Positions 31,232 through 41,154 of a stretch of 64,000 nucleotides of DNA are shown piece after piece. The stretch spans positions 928,001-992,000 of the forward strand of contig OY781964.1 of NCBI GenBank assembly GCA_963677485.1, given 5' to 3'. The DNA is from Armatimonadota bacterium (lineage in GTDB: Bacteria > Armatimonadota > HRBIN16). Every line of letters begins with the position of its first letter. The first letter of the stretch is position 1. Under the pieces are notes generated by a model. The model was not told the DNA's origin. It searched no databases and was given only the letters and a program-made list of their open reading frames with translations. A program made the position numbers and the translations under genes.

Positions 31232-32647
31232 ATGTTCAAACGGGTTTCACTCAGCGTGATACTAGGCCTTGTGGGCGGAATCGCCACTTTCGTCATTCAA
31301 GAACTGCTGGTCGACAACAAAGCGATCATGGGTGGAAGCATCACAGCGGCGCGAGAAAGCTTTGTACAGTCTCTAATCATTGGTGCTATCATGTGCTTTT
31401 TTCTAGGCAGTGCGGACCGATTAGGGCGTAATGACACCCGCGGAGCACTACGGCAAGCTAGTTGGGCTGCCTTGTTAGGTCTTCCTATCGGTTTCATCGC
31501 ATTGAACCAGTCAAACAGGCTTTACACTGATCTGAGTATTCTACTTGGCAATCCGGTGGTTCATGGCCAAGCAGGTCTAGGCGGGTATGCATTGGACCTG
31601 GTTCCACGCGCACTGGGGTGGATGGTGTTAGGTTCCTGGTTAGGATTATCTGCGAGTATTCCGGGTTGGTCATTCCGACGTTGTTGGCACGCCTTTATGG
31701 GTGGTGCAATAGGAGGAGTAGTCGCAGGTGTGTTATTCACACTACTGGCAGCAAGCATCGGTAGTATATACGCCGGCCTATCGGGCAGACCCAATGAAGC
31801 GGTTGAGGTCGGCGTCTTCGGCCGAGCGGTGGGCTTTACAGTGATCGGCGGAGCCGTAGGACTGCTGATGAGCCTCATGAAGGAGATGCTGAAGAGTGCC
31901 TGGATTGAAGTGATCCTGGCCCGCAACGAGACGCAGGAGTTCCCCATCGACAAAACACGCAACATGATCGGCCGATCCGAAACGGCAGATGTGCCTCTGT
32001 ATGCTGACCCTGCCATTGCCCCCAATCAAGCGGCCATCCTCTGGACAGATGGCGCATTCGTGCTGCAGAATTTGAATCCCCAAACAATCGTCAGCGTTAA
32101 TAATGGAGCACCTGGCGGGTTGAAGCACGGTGATGTCATCCGCATCGGCAGCTATACCCTCAGGTTCTGCGAAAAGAAGGGACGCGTCCCGTCTGCAGTT
32201 CTCGACAAGGCGAAGGCAGCCCAAAAAGTGTTGGCGGACCCGTCGGGGGCCTGCCCCTTCTGCGGAAAAATCCCCGATGTCAAGACGGGGCAGTGCCAGT
32301 GCTCCGCCACGACGGCACCGCAGCCCATGCTGCCCGCTTCAACCACAAGCGCGAACGCGAGTGCAGCAGCCGAAATCCGGATAGTGAACGGCGCGCTGAG
32401 TGGGCATGTGCTTCGGCTTCAACAAGCCGTGGCCATTGGACGCGACGCCAGTTGCCAACTACAGCTCACGGAAGATACGCTGGTCAGCCGTCGGCACGCA
32501 CGCCTTGAGCCCCGCAACACCGCCTGGGTGGTGATCGATGAGGGCAGTAGCAACGGCACTTATGTGAACGGCAGCCGCGTGCAGGAGAGTGCGATCAAGC
32601 CAGGTGACATACTGACGATCGGGCATACCACACTACAAGTGGGCTAA
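31232..32647 (+). CDS. Multi-pass membrane protein with two FHA domains and zinc-ribbon
   Basis: Gly-rich TM region, IGRSE (degenerate FHA), CPFCGK..CQC, IGRD..VSRRH..DEGSSNGTYVNG. Confidence 0.82.
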   Translation: MFKRVSLSVILGLVGGIATFVIQELLVDNKAIMGGSITAARESFVQSLIIGAIMCFFLGSADRLGRNDTRGALRQASWAALLGLPIGFIALNQSNRLYTDLSILLGNPVVHGQAGLGGYALDLVPRALGWMVLGSWLGLSASIPGWSFRRCWHAFMGGAIGGVVAGVLFTLLAASIGSIYAGLSGRPNEAVEVGVFGRAVGFTVIGGAVGLLMSLMKEMLKSAWIEVILARNETQEFPIDKTRNMIGRSETADVPLYADPAIAPNQAAILWTDGAFVLQNLNPQTIVSVNNGAPGGLKHGDVIRIGSYTLRFCEKKGRVPSAVLDKAKAAQKVLADPSGACPFCGKIPDVKTGQCQCSATTAPQPMLPASTTSANASAAAEIRIVNGALSGHVLRLQQAVAIGRDASCQLQLTEDTLVSRRHARLEPRNTAWVVIDEGSSNGTYVNGSRVQESAIKPGDILTIGHTTLQVG

Positions 32648-32676
32648 GGTTGTTGGGGCGTTTGTAGGTAACTTGC

Positions 32677-32843
32677 TTGGCTATGTCCGGGCGGTCTAGC
32701 GGTACGCTTGAAATGACCGCTGTCTATAGACCGCGCCGGTCTTGTTCCCGACACCCATCTTTTGTGGCTATCCGCCAGACCGGCGTGGTCTCGAGTCTTC
32801 TGCAGCCGCTAGCCTACGCACAGACCGCCCCGGACATAGGCAA
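32677..32843. repeat. Solo copy of nested-palindrome element (same family as 4478-5124)
   Basis: TTGGCTATGTCCGGGCGGTCT...AGACCGCGCCGGTCT...GGCTATCCGCCAGACCGGCGTGGTCT...AGACCGCCCCGGACATAGGCAA. Confidence 0.9.
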
Positions 32844-32933
32844 TAGAAGGGTACGGATCAGTTACGGCTTATGCTACAGTGCAAGCACGGGCGGCATTTG
32901 TGGGTCAAAACGTGTGGCGTAAAACAAAAAAGT

Positions 32934-33020
32934 TGGTGCCGAGAGGGGGACTCGAACCCCCAAGCCCTTGCAGGCACTAGAACCTGAATCTAGCGTGTCT
33001 ACCAATTTCACCATCTCGGC
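32934..33020 (-). tRNA. tRNA-Leu (anticodon CAG)
   Basis: GCCGAGATGGTGAAATTGGTAGACACG CTAGA-TTCAGGT-TCTAG, long variable arm, GGTTCGAGTCCC, encoded CCA. Confidence 0.97.
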
Positions 33021-33032
33021 TCGGCATAAAAT

Positions 33033-33061
33033 ATGTTACAGCACATCGGCCGTATTGTCAA
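33033..33061 (-). promoter_or_regulatory. Sigma70 promoter of tRNA-Leu
   Basis: TTGACA-N17-TAACAT on the minus strand, 12 nt upstream of the tRNA. Confidence 0.7.
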
Positions 33062-33190
33062 GATTAACGCATAAACGGCCCAAAATCCGCCGATAAGGCT
33101 CATATCTACCCAGATCCTTTCGTTTAGGGCTAAAATATAACAGTTGGATTAATCGAACTATCACATCAGTCTGAGATCGCGGGGGATTAT

Positions 33191-35983
33191 ATGAAAACGC
33201 TCTGGGCAGTAATAACTGTGTGTGGCATATCTATGCTTTACAGCGGTGTCGCATCTGCAAAACCTACTCCTAAGCCCATCCGTATATACAGTCGTGTATC
33301 GGATGGCAAGCAGATGATACAGCCCCCGTCTGTCGGATCACGGCTTTGGATTGCCATGGCCGGTGGAGCCATCACCCCCAATGACGAACTCCGAGCTCTG
33401 GGCACATCACTCTGGATGTTTGATGCCGACTATCTGTCCGGCTTCCACACAGGGACAGATGGCAGCAACCTGGCGAAGTTGGCGATATTGGGTGAAGACC
33501 CACAAGCCACGAAGGACACCATCCGCCGCGCTAAAATGGTGGGGTGCTTCCCGGTGATCGGCACTAATTACACGCTGCTGCTTGATGCCACATCAGCGAT
33601 ATCCCTCTATACCCCCGTCAGTCTCGCCGATGGCAGCATCACAGTGAACGCCATATCACCCTGGAGCCCATGGCTCTCCAAGCTGATGACAGACCGCTGG
33701 AGCAATCTGGCAAAAATCTGCGCCCCCGAACAGCCCGGTGTTCTTATTGGCGTGTATGGCGAAAACGGCCAGGCCGGTGGCTTCGTTGGCAACAAAGAGA
33801 TGCCGGTGCAGGATGGTCCTGATGTTTGGGTTGACAAAAAGCTCACACCAGGCTACTGGTGGGGCGATCACACTGCCCTCGAGAACTTCCAAAAAAGCAT
33901 GTTGCGCAACTATGAAACCATAGAGAAGCTAAATACCGCCTGGGGCACAGGTTACACCACCAGCACACAAATTGCACTGCCTACAGGAGCTGATTCGGGC
34001 GAACGCTACTGGCTGGATGCTCTGGCCTGGTATGCGAATGGATTCGCTTACGTGGCGGACATGCAGGCTCGTATCGTCAAACGGGTGATGCCCGATTCGC
34101 CGCGATTTCTGCCGGCTGGAATGAACCTTAACCCACGGCTTGGATCTGATATCAGCGCTATGGCGAAGGTCGCAGGACGGACCGGATGCACGCTCATACT
34201 GGAGCCAGACCGCTACGGTGCAGATGGCCGCATTTTGAACGCGTTGGGAGCCACCGCGGCCAGGTTTTATAAGGCCAACTGGATGATGGGCAGGCGCACC
34301 AGTGAAGAAATCAACCCATCGGTCAGGATGTTTGACACCATATCCGGCGGAGGTGTCGGCTGGGTAGAGTCGCAAGCTCTAGCAGCAGGCACAATGCCAG
34401 ATGTCGAGCGCAGCCTGCGTTCACTCGATATCGGCAAGCCGGTGATTGACACAGCACTGCTGCTTCCGACGGCGCAGATGCGTTTATTGTCAGGCAGAGG
34501 TTTGGCTAACCTATCGAAGAGGTATGACCAACTGCGTGACCGCTTCCCGTTGGACGTGGTGGATGAAAGGCTCATCACAGATGGAGCACTTACGGCTTAC
34601 CACACACTGTTCATCTTCAACACCTCAATGCTGGAACCTGGCACAATCAAGCAGATTGGGGAATGGGTTAAATCAGGCGGTATTCTGGTCACCGATATAG
34701 ACCAACCGATTCGGGTACCGGGAGGCAAAGCCTCCTTGTGGAACACATCAGTCGGTCTCATGAAGCCCACCAGCATCGACCCCGCATTTCTGCCCCAGAT
34801 GGTGGGCAATGCCTACCGATTTGAGCTGTCAAGCGATGAAGGCCGATACCTAAAGTGGGGCGACTGGCAGCCTTCGCAACAGCCCGATTCATCAGGATGG
34901 ATGGGCTTCACCAAAAAAGGCGGGCTAAAGCTTCCCGCTAGCGGCCAGAACAGTTACGGCTTGAGTATCACCGCCCGTGGAGAAAAGGGCAGCCGGACCA
35001 CGGTTGTCCTTGATAACAAACCCATCGGTGTGCTTGATGCCGACGGCACGGTCGTCTACAAGTTCGCGATCAACCCCAAACCGGTAGCTGGTATCAGCCA
35101 GCTCCAATTCGTGAGCAGCGGACGCAGCAGCCATGAGATCAAAACTGTAGGCGTGCAGTTGGTGGGAGCCAGCGACTTCAATGGTGCGCCCGGTGTGTGG
35201 CGGTTCAACAAACCCACGGCCACCATCGCCAAATCTGTCTTCAACGCAGTAGGCCAGGGTGGAGTGGCACTCCTGCCCACCATCACCAGCACGCATGGTC
35301 AAGATTACATCCGCGCGCTCTGCCAGGAGTTCGTGTGCAACCGAACCAATCTGATCAAGCATGCCGTTGATGCGCCGCTGATTGATGGCCTTGAAGACCG
35401 TGTTGAAACCACATTGTTGACGGACAGGCTGGTGATGCTGAACCGAAACAACAAAGATCTGACCCGCACCATCGCACTGAGCAAATTAAAAAAGGCCGGT
35501 TTAGCGGATGACGAGTTAGGTGGAGATATCAAGCTGCCGGCGAATGGCATCAACTCTATCACTATCCAGCCAAGGCCTGTTGAGCTGATGCTGGGCTGTG
35601 AGCAGTTCGTCAACCTGTATAACAACAAAGCCGAAATGCTGCAGGGTTGTCTGCCGGATGGCGTACCTAACTGTGTCGCACTAAAAGACACAGCTAAAAT
35701 CGCCACACGCTTCCCGCTCAGTGTTGCAGGTGAATATCGACTATTTGTCAGGGCCCTGAGAAATGGTGAGCCGTCTGCTGTTGATATCCGCATTAATGGG
35801 CATCCCCTATCGGGTGGAGCACCCGTTCGGACAGGCGATATGTGGTATCTGGGCAGCGCGAAGTTGGGTCGCGGTAACCACCTTCTTGAGCTGACGGGCA
35901 AAAAGTATCAAACGGTGTATGCCGACTTCATCATTCTGTCAGGCGACACACGTGTAGAAGGGTTCCGCATCGTTCAGCGGTAG
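33191..35983 (+). CDS. Secreted GH42/beta-galactosidase-like multidomain protein
   Basis: Signal peptide; FQKSMLRNYETIEKLNTAWGT..IALP..YWLD GH42-like motif; DVVDERLITDGAL..Y..L...EWVKSGGILV trimerisation-like domain; C-terminal CBM-like beta domains. Confidence 0.55.
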   Translation: MKTLWAVITVCGISMLYSGVASAKPTPKPIRIYSRVSDGKQMIQPPSVGSRLWIAMAGGAITPNDELRALGTSLWMFDADYLSGFHTGTDGSNLAKLAILGEDPQATKDTIRRAKMVGCFPVIGTNYTLLLDATSAISLYTPVSLADGSITVNAISPWSPWLSKLMTDRWSNLAKICAPEQPGVLIGVYGENGQAGGFVGNKEMPVQDGPDVWVDKKLTPGYWWGDHTALENFQKSMLRNYETIEKLNTAWGTGYTTSTQIALPTGADSGERYWLDALAWYANGFAYVADMQARIVKRVMPDSPRFLPAGMNLNPRLGSDISAMAKVAGRTGCTLILEPDRYGADGRILNALGATAARFYKANWMMGRRTSEEINPSVRMFDTISGGGVGWVESQALAAGTMPDVERSLRSLDIGKPVIDTALLLPTAQMRLLSGRGLANLSKRYDQLRDRFPLDVVDERLITDGALTAYHTLFIFNTSMLEPGTIKQIGEWVKSGGILVTDIDQPIRVPGGKASLWNTSVGLMKPTSIDPAFLPQMVGNAYRFELSSDEGRYLKWGDWQPSQQPDSSGWMGFTKKGGLKLPASGQNSYGLSITARGEKGSRTTVVLDNKPIGVLDADGTVVYKFAINPKPVAGISQLQFVSSGRSSHEIKTVGVQLVGASDFNGAPGVWRFNKPTATIAKSVFNAVGQGGVALLPTITSTHGQDYIRALCQEFVCNRTNLIKHAVDAPLIDGLEDRVETTLLTDRLVMLNRNNKDLTRTIALSKLKKAGLADDELGGDIKLPANGINSITIQPRPVELMLGCEQFVNLYNNKAEMLQGCLPDGVPNCVALKDTAKIATRFPLSVAGEYRLFVRALRNGEPSAVDIRINGHPLSGGAPVRTGDMWYLGSAKLGRGNHLLELTGKKYQTVYADFIILSGDTRVEGFRIVQR

Positions 35984-36170
35984 CCAGTATCCGACAGCAT
36001 AAGGGATCATCGCTTGTGGTCCCTTATGCTGACCTCATCCATTTCAACCCCGTCCTCCCCCTGGCCCGCGGCCACACCTAAGAAGATTAACAATATGAGT
36101 CAGCGAAATGGTATAATTAATATGCCGGTATCTCTTTCCATACTGGCCATAGTTTGGTTTTCCGTGAAAG

Positions 36171-36198
36171 GAGTGGGCGGAGCGTGCCCACTCTTTTT
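36171..36198 (+). promoter_or_regulatory. rimP-leader-like attenuator hairpin upstream of nusA
   Basis: GAGTGGGC-GGAGCGT-GCCCACTC-TTTTT at the 5' end of the nusA-infB operon; TG-TATAAT at ~36109-36117 upstream. Confidence 0.75.
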
Positions 36199-36240
36199 CA
36201 TACACATAGCAAACATTATTTCACACGGTGGGAGGCGGTC

Positions 36241-37296
36241 ATGCATTCTGAGCTCTTCAATCAGCTAATGATAATCGCACAAGAAAAAAAGATCCCCATG
36301 GAGAGACTTCTGAGGACACTTGAAGATTCGCTCACCGTTGCATACAGGCGTCATTACGACCCGCCCACACCAGTCTCTATCCGGTGTCAGATGTCGGAAT
36401 CGAACGATTTTACCATCACAGCAGGTCTGTTGGTCGTAGAAAAAGTCGTTAGCCGTAGTCACGAAGTGGAGTTCATGCGAGCCCGCAGGCATCAGGAAGA
36501 CTGCGAGCTGGGCGATATTGCTTTCATCCCTGTCAACTTGGAGGAATTCGGCCGTATTGCGGCTACCACCATGAGGCAGTCCCTTCAGCAGATCATACGA
36601 CAGGCTGAAGAAGACATGAAAGTGGAGCACTTCCGCGAACGTGTCGGTGAGATAGTCAACGCAAAACTGATGCGCCGCGAACGCGACTCATTCATTTTTG
36701 ACCTTGGTGATGTGGATGGCGTGCTCACTAAAGAGGAGCAGGTCCCTACCGAAAACTACAGTATGCATACCAATATGCGTGTCTACCTTCTGGAAGCCAA
36801 GAAGGAATCAAAGGGTGCGGTGGTCTACCTCTCGCGGTCACACCCAGCCCTGATCCGCAAACTGTTTGAATTAAACGTGCCCGAAATTCGTGATGGTGAC
36901 GTAGAAATCAAATCCGTCGCCAGAGAGCCAGGGGCTCGGACTAAAATATCAGTCATCTCATACAGTAACTCCATTGACCCAGTGGGTGCCTGCGTGGGAC
37001 AACGCGGAATGCGTGTGCAGGCCGTAGTCGATGAAGTGCATGACGAAAAGATTGACATCATTCGGTGGAGCGATGACCCTGTCCAATATATCGCGGAATC
37101 ACTGAACCCGGCCAAGGTGAGTCTGGTCAGGGTAATCAGTGTAGAAAATAAGCTGGCTTTAGTGGTTGTGCCCGACAACCAGCTCTCTCTTGCCATAGGC
37201 AAGCTAGGGCAAAATGTGCGATTGGCTGCCCGGTTAACCGGATGGAAAATAGATATCCGCAGCCACACTCAAATCGCGGAAATCAGTGAAGGCTAA
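36241..37296 (+). CDS. nusA: Transcription termination/antitermination factor NusA
   Basis: FGRIAA, LSRSHP, VPEI.DG, AREPGARTK, DPVGACVGQRG.RV, QLSLAIGK.GQNVRLAARLTGWKIDI. Confidence 0.97.
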   Translation: MHSELFNQLMIIAQEKKIPMERLLRTLEDSLTVAYRRHYDPPTPVSIRCQMSESNDFTITAGLLVVEKVVSRSHEVEFMRARRHQEDCELGDIAFIPVNLEEFGRIAATTMRQSLQQIIRQAEEDMKVEHFRERVGEIVNAKLMRRERDSFIFDLGDVDGVLTKEEQVPTENYSMHTNMRVYLLEAKKESKGAVVYLSRSHPALIRKLFELNVPEIRDGDVEIKSVAREPGARTKISVISYSNSIDPVGACVGQRGMRVQAVVDEVHDEKIDIIRWSDDPVQYIAESLNPAKVSLVRVISVENKLALVVVPDNQLSLAIGKLGQNVRLAARLTGWKIDIRSHTQIAEISEG

Positions 37297-37301
37297 TAGC
37301 T

Positions 37302-37601
37302 ATGAAAGGGGTGCCTCATAGCCCACTGCGGAGTTGCGTGGCTTGTCGCCGTCAGGCTGATAAGCGCGAACTGCTTCGCGTGATTCGCACCCCTCTAGGG
37401 GCCACTGAGGTTGATCTCAGCGGCAAACAAAACGGAAGAGGCGCGTACCTCTGTTGGAGCACCAAATGCCTTGAACAGGCTGTCAAAGCCCGGAAACTTG
37501 AGCGGGCTCTCCAAACGGCGATCTCAGATGAAACCACAAAACTCATTAGAGATGCAATTGCGACGCGCGCGAAGGAGGCAGACAATCAATGGCAGGGATA
37601 A
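37302..37601 (+). CDS. ylxR: YlxR/RnpM family RNA-binding protein (DUF448)
   Basis: PLRSCVACR..KRELLRVIR, GRGAYLC, LERAL; between nusA and infB. Confidence 0.92.
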   Translation: MKGVPHSPLRSCVACRRQADKRELLRVIRTPLGATEVDLSGKQNGRGAYLCWSTKCLEQAVKARKLERALQTAISDETTKLIRDAIATRAKEADNQWQG

Positions 37602-39589
37602 CAGTAAAAGATCTCGCCGTAGAGTGCAAACTCAGTGATAAGGAGATGCTTAGCAACCTCGTTGAACTAGGCATCGATGTATCCAGCGGCACAGATACCA
37701 TAGATTTCACTACAGCACTGACTATGCGCGACATGCTCGTGAGTAATGTGCCTGTAGCAGAAGCAACCAGCATCATGGCACTGCGTGATCTGGCCCAAGT
37801 ATTTGGTGTGCAGCCACCACTGCTGCAGCAGCAGCTCATGAAAGCAGGCCTGCTGGTTGGCCTCACTCAGTCACTCAACAAAGATCAGATTGAAGAGCTC
37901 GCTTTTCATTTCAAGCGATCCATCAAGTGGCAAGAAGCGGCCAAAGCGGTGGTGCCGAAAACGGCACGGCCTACAAAGAAGGGCAGCGGACACGCTCTCA
38001 CGCCCAGACCCCCTGTAGTGACCATCCTTGGACACGTCGACCATGGCAAGACGACCCTGCTTGACGCTATCCGACACACGAATGTTGTGGATAGTGAAGC
38101 CGGCGGGATCACTCAGCACATCGGCGCCTACCAGGTGGTGATCCAGCACAAAGGCGAGCCACACAAAATCACCTTCCTTGATACCCCAGGACACGAAGCG
38201 TTCACCGCAATGCGTGCCCGTGGTGCTCAGATTACGGACATCGCCATCTTGATCGTCGCGGCTGATGACGGCGTAATGCCCCAGACAGTGGAAGCGATCA
38301 ACCATGCGAAAGCGGCCGGTGTGCCGATTATCGTAGCGGTCAACAAGATCGACAAGGAAAACGCCAACCCTGACCGCCTAAAACAGCAGCTCGCCGAGCT
38401 CAACCTTGTTTGTGAGGAATGGGGCGGCGATGTGATGTTTGTGCCCATTTCTGCTAAAAAGCGGACGGGTATCGAAAACATCCTGGAAGCTATTTTGCTT
38501 CAAGCGGAAATGCTGGAACTCATGGCCGACGCTCATGCAGAGCCAGAAGCCATCGTGGTGGAAAGCAAGATCGAACGCGGACGAGGATCAGTCACCTCCG
38601 TCATCATCACCTCGGGAACTCTCAAGGTGGGTGACTGTGTTGTTTCTGGAAGTGCTTATGGCCGTGTTCGAGCTATCACTGATGAAAAAGGCAAGACCCT
38701 CGCGAAAGCTGTCCCAGCCCAGCCTGTAGAAATCACAGGATTGAGCAAAGCACCTGAAGCGGGCGACCGCTTAGAAGTGGTGAAGAACGAGCGCACAGCA
38801 CGTCAAATCGCTCAGCGTAACGAACAGCAGGAGCGGGTTACCGCCATCGGCTCAACCGCAAAAACACAGATCACCATCAAGGACCTGCACCAGCAGATTG
38901 CAGAAGGTAAGGTGCATGAGCTCCACGTCATCGTCAAAGCTGACGTGGCGGGTTCTGCGGAAGCCATCCAACAGCAATTGGCGCGTTTGGAGCACTCCGA
39001 AGTACGTGTCCGTGTGCTCTCCTCTGCAGTGGGCAACGTCAACGAGAGCGATGTGAACCTGGCGAGTGCCAGCAACGCGTTGATCCTAGGCTTTAATGTC
39101 AAAATTGAGCCTGCCGCATTACAACTTGCGGAAGTCGCCTCTGTTGAAGTTCGCGTCTACAGCATCATCTACGAACTGCAGGAAGAGATAGAAGCCGCCA
39201 TGCGTGGCCTTCTCGAGCCCAGGATTGAAGAGAATACGCTAGGCAAAGCCGAAATTCGGACAGTGTTCAACCTTCCCCGGGGTACCGTCGCTGGCTCCTA
39301 CGTCACCGACGGCAAGATCGCCCGCGGTCAGTTGGCCAGGCTCTGGCGTGGAACCGAACAGATATGGGAAGGCCCCATTGACAGTCTGCGCCATATCAAG
39401 GATGATGTCCGTGAGATGGCAGCCGGCTATGAGTGCGGCATCGTCTTCCAGAACTTCACCGCCATCGAAGAAGGCGACATCGTGGAATGCTTCGAACGCA
39501 AGGAAGTAGCCCGCGCCGACGTCATCAAGCTTCGCCAGAACAAGATGGCACAGCAATTGGCGGAGTCTGTCGAAGAAATTCAGGCCTAA
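37589..39589 (+). CDS. infB: Translation initiation factor IF-2
   Basis: [55 protein letters not shown]. Confidence 0.99.
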   Translation: MAGITVKDLAVECKLSDKEMLSNLVELGIDVSSGTDTIDFTTALTMRDMLVSNVPVAEATSIMALRDLAQVFGVQPPLLQQQLMKAGLLVGLTQSLNKDQIEELAFHFKRSIKWQEAAKAVVPKTARPTKKGSGHALTPRPPVVTILGHVDHGKTTLLDAIRHTNVVDSEAGGITQHIGAYQVVIQHKGEPHKITFLDTPGHEAFTAMRARGAQITDIAILIVAADDGVMPQTVEAINHAKAAGVPIIVAVNKIDKENANPDRLKQQLAELNLVCEEWGGDVMFVPISAKKRTGIENILEAILLQAEMLELMADAHAEPEAIVVESKIERGRGSVTSVIITSGTLKVGDCVVSGSAYGRVRAITDEKGKTLAKAVPAQPVEITGLSKAPEAGDRLEVVKNERTARQIAQRNEQQERVTAIGSTAKTQITIKDLHQQIAEGKVHELHVIVKADVAGSAEAIQQQLARLEHSEVRVRVLSSAVGNVNESDVNLASASNALILGFNVKIEPAALQLAEVASVEVRVYSIIYELQEEIEAAMRGLLEPRIEENTLGKAEIRTVFNLPRGTVAGSYVTDGKIARGQLARLWRGTEQIWEGPIDSLRHIKDDVREMAAGYECGIVFQNFTAIEEGDIVECFERKEVARADVIKLRQNKMAQQLAESVEEIQA

Positions 39590-39605
39590 CTCCACCCTAC
39601 GACCG

Positions 39606-39774
39606 TTAGTTGGCTGCATAATCGGGCATCATTGCTCGTCTGCAGCCATCTTTTGGTCACTGAAGCGAAGGGGCAAAGCAGCTAAGTATACCGGCAGCCA
39701 CTATTGACCACAATCTGTGGCCACTTAGATATGCCGCTGTCAGCTCTTCAAACAGCCCGCTTACCGTGGCTTGA
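39606..39774 (+). pseudogene. Possible decayed DUF503 (YlxP) remnant
   Basis: LVGC...WSLKRRGK in one frame and IDHNLW..LRYAAVSSSN in another, at the usual DUF503 position between infB and rbfA; weak similarity judged by eye. Confidence 0.3.
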
Positions 39775-39811
39775 GTGCGACAAATGCACTCAGCTCAGAA
39801 CAGGAATGACC

Positions 39812-40165
39812 ATGAGCAGTAATATGCGCGTGAATCGTGTTGAAAGCCTCCTTCTACAGGAGCTAAGCAACATCATCCGCAACGATATGAAAGACCCCCG
39901 ACTAGAAGGCATCACCATTACCAGCGTGCGTGTAGCTGGTGACCTTGGACATGCTTGGGTAGCGGTCGCCTCCTACATGGGAGAAGCACACCGAGACGAA
40001 GCCGTAGCCGTGCTGGAAAAGCTGGCCGGAAAACTTCGTGGTGAGTTCGGACGCAGAGCCCATCTGCGAGTAGCCCCTGAGCTGCACTTTAAAGCGGATG
40101 AAGGGCTCGAGCACGGTGAGGCGATATACAGCATTCTGAAGCAGATCGAGCAGGAAGGCAAATAG
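39812..40165 (+). CDS. rbfA: Ribosome-binding factor A
   Basis: RVNRVESLL..ELS.II..MKDPRL..ITITSV.V..DL, LRVAPELHFKAD. Confidence 0.95.
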   Translation: MSSNMRVNRVESLLLQELSNIIRNDMKDPRLEGITITSVRVAGDLGHAWVAVASYMGEAHRDEAVAVLEKLAGKLRGEFGRRAHLRVAPELHFKADEGLEHGEAIYSILKQIEQEGK

Positions 40166-40167
40166 CG

Positions 40168-41154
40168 ATGGATCAAGGGCTGCTAGCAGTTGTCTCAGCA
40201 TTGGAATCGGCAAGAAGTGTGGCTCTATTTACGCATGTAAACCCCGACGGTGACACGCTGGGCAGTGCCCTTGCCCTTAGCCACGCCCTGCACCGTGTAG
40301 GCAAACGCGCCACCGTGTTCAGCCACAATGGCGTGCCCGATATCTGTGCTTTTCTGCCTGGTTCCGATCAGGTGTGCTCGGAGCTGCCCGATGAGACCTT
40401 CGATCTCTACCTGGTGATCGATACCGGCGATGCGCGCAGGATTGGCAAATTCGGCGTGTTGTTTGAGGCGGGTAACCCCGCAGGCGTGATTGACCATCAT
40501 GACACTGAAGGCGGCATCGAGGGGGCGATCTACCGAGACGCCACCGCAGCCGCGACCGGCGAACTGGTGATGGAAGTCATAGAAGCGCTGGAGATACCGG
40601 TGAGTGAAGAGATCGCCATGTGCCTGTTTTCGGCGATAATCACCGACACGGGCATGCTGCGCTACCCTGCGGTGGACAGCAACACATTTCACATCTGTGC
40701 AAGGTTGCTAGAAGCAGGCAGTCATCCAGGTGAGGTATATGACCACGTCTATGAACGCCGTAGCCTTGTCAGCCAGCAACTGCTGGGATATGCCCTTGAG
40801 AGGATGAACCTAACCTTCGACGGTCATGTACTATGGACAGTCATTACCGAAGATGACTTCAAGCGCATCGGAGCCACGGACGACGACACGGAAGGCATCA
40901 CCCAGCAGATGCGCTGTGTAGGTGGGCCGCTTGTGAACATGCTGTTGCGTGAAACCAAGCCCGGCAGCTTCCGCGCTTCAGTGCGCAGTAAATCCAAGCT
41001 GGTTGATGTGGCTATATTCGCAGGTAAATTCGGCGGAGGCGGCCACAAAATGGCAGCCGGCTTCACCATTGACTGCCGTCCTGAAGAGATTGAGACGCTA
41101 GTCGTCACGGAGATGCAAAAGTGGACGGCCTTCTGCCTTTCCATAAACCACTAG
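40168..41154 (+). CDS. nrnA: DHH-family oligoribonuclease/PAP phosphatase
   Basis: HVNPDGDTLGS, IDHH, TDTG, SVRS, FGGGGHKMAAG. Confidence 0.92.
   Translation: MDQGLLAVVSALESARSVALFTHVNPDGDTLGSALALSHALHRVGKRATVFSHNGVPDICAFLPGSDQVCSELPDETFDLYLVIDTGDARRIGKFGVLFEAGNPAGVIDHHDTEGGIEGAIYRDATAAATGELVMEVIEALEIPVSEEIAMCLFSAIITDTGMLRYPAVDSNTFHICARLLEAGSHPGEVYDHVYERRSLVSQQLLGYALERMNLTFDGHVLWTVITEDDFKRIGATDDDTEGITQQMRCVGGPLVNMLLRETKPGSFRASVRSKSKLVDVAIFAGKFGGGGHKMAAGFTIDCRPEEIETLVVTEMQKWTAFCLSINH

Noticed and set aside
32934-33020. tRNA-Leu as an integration site for a genomic island
   Set aside because: No integrase and no duplicated tRNA 3' end was found in the window
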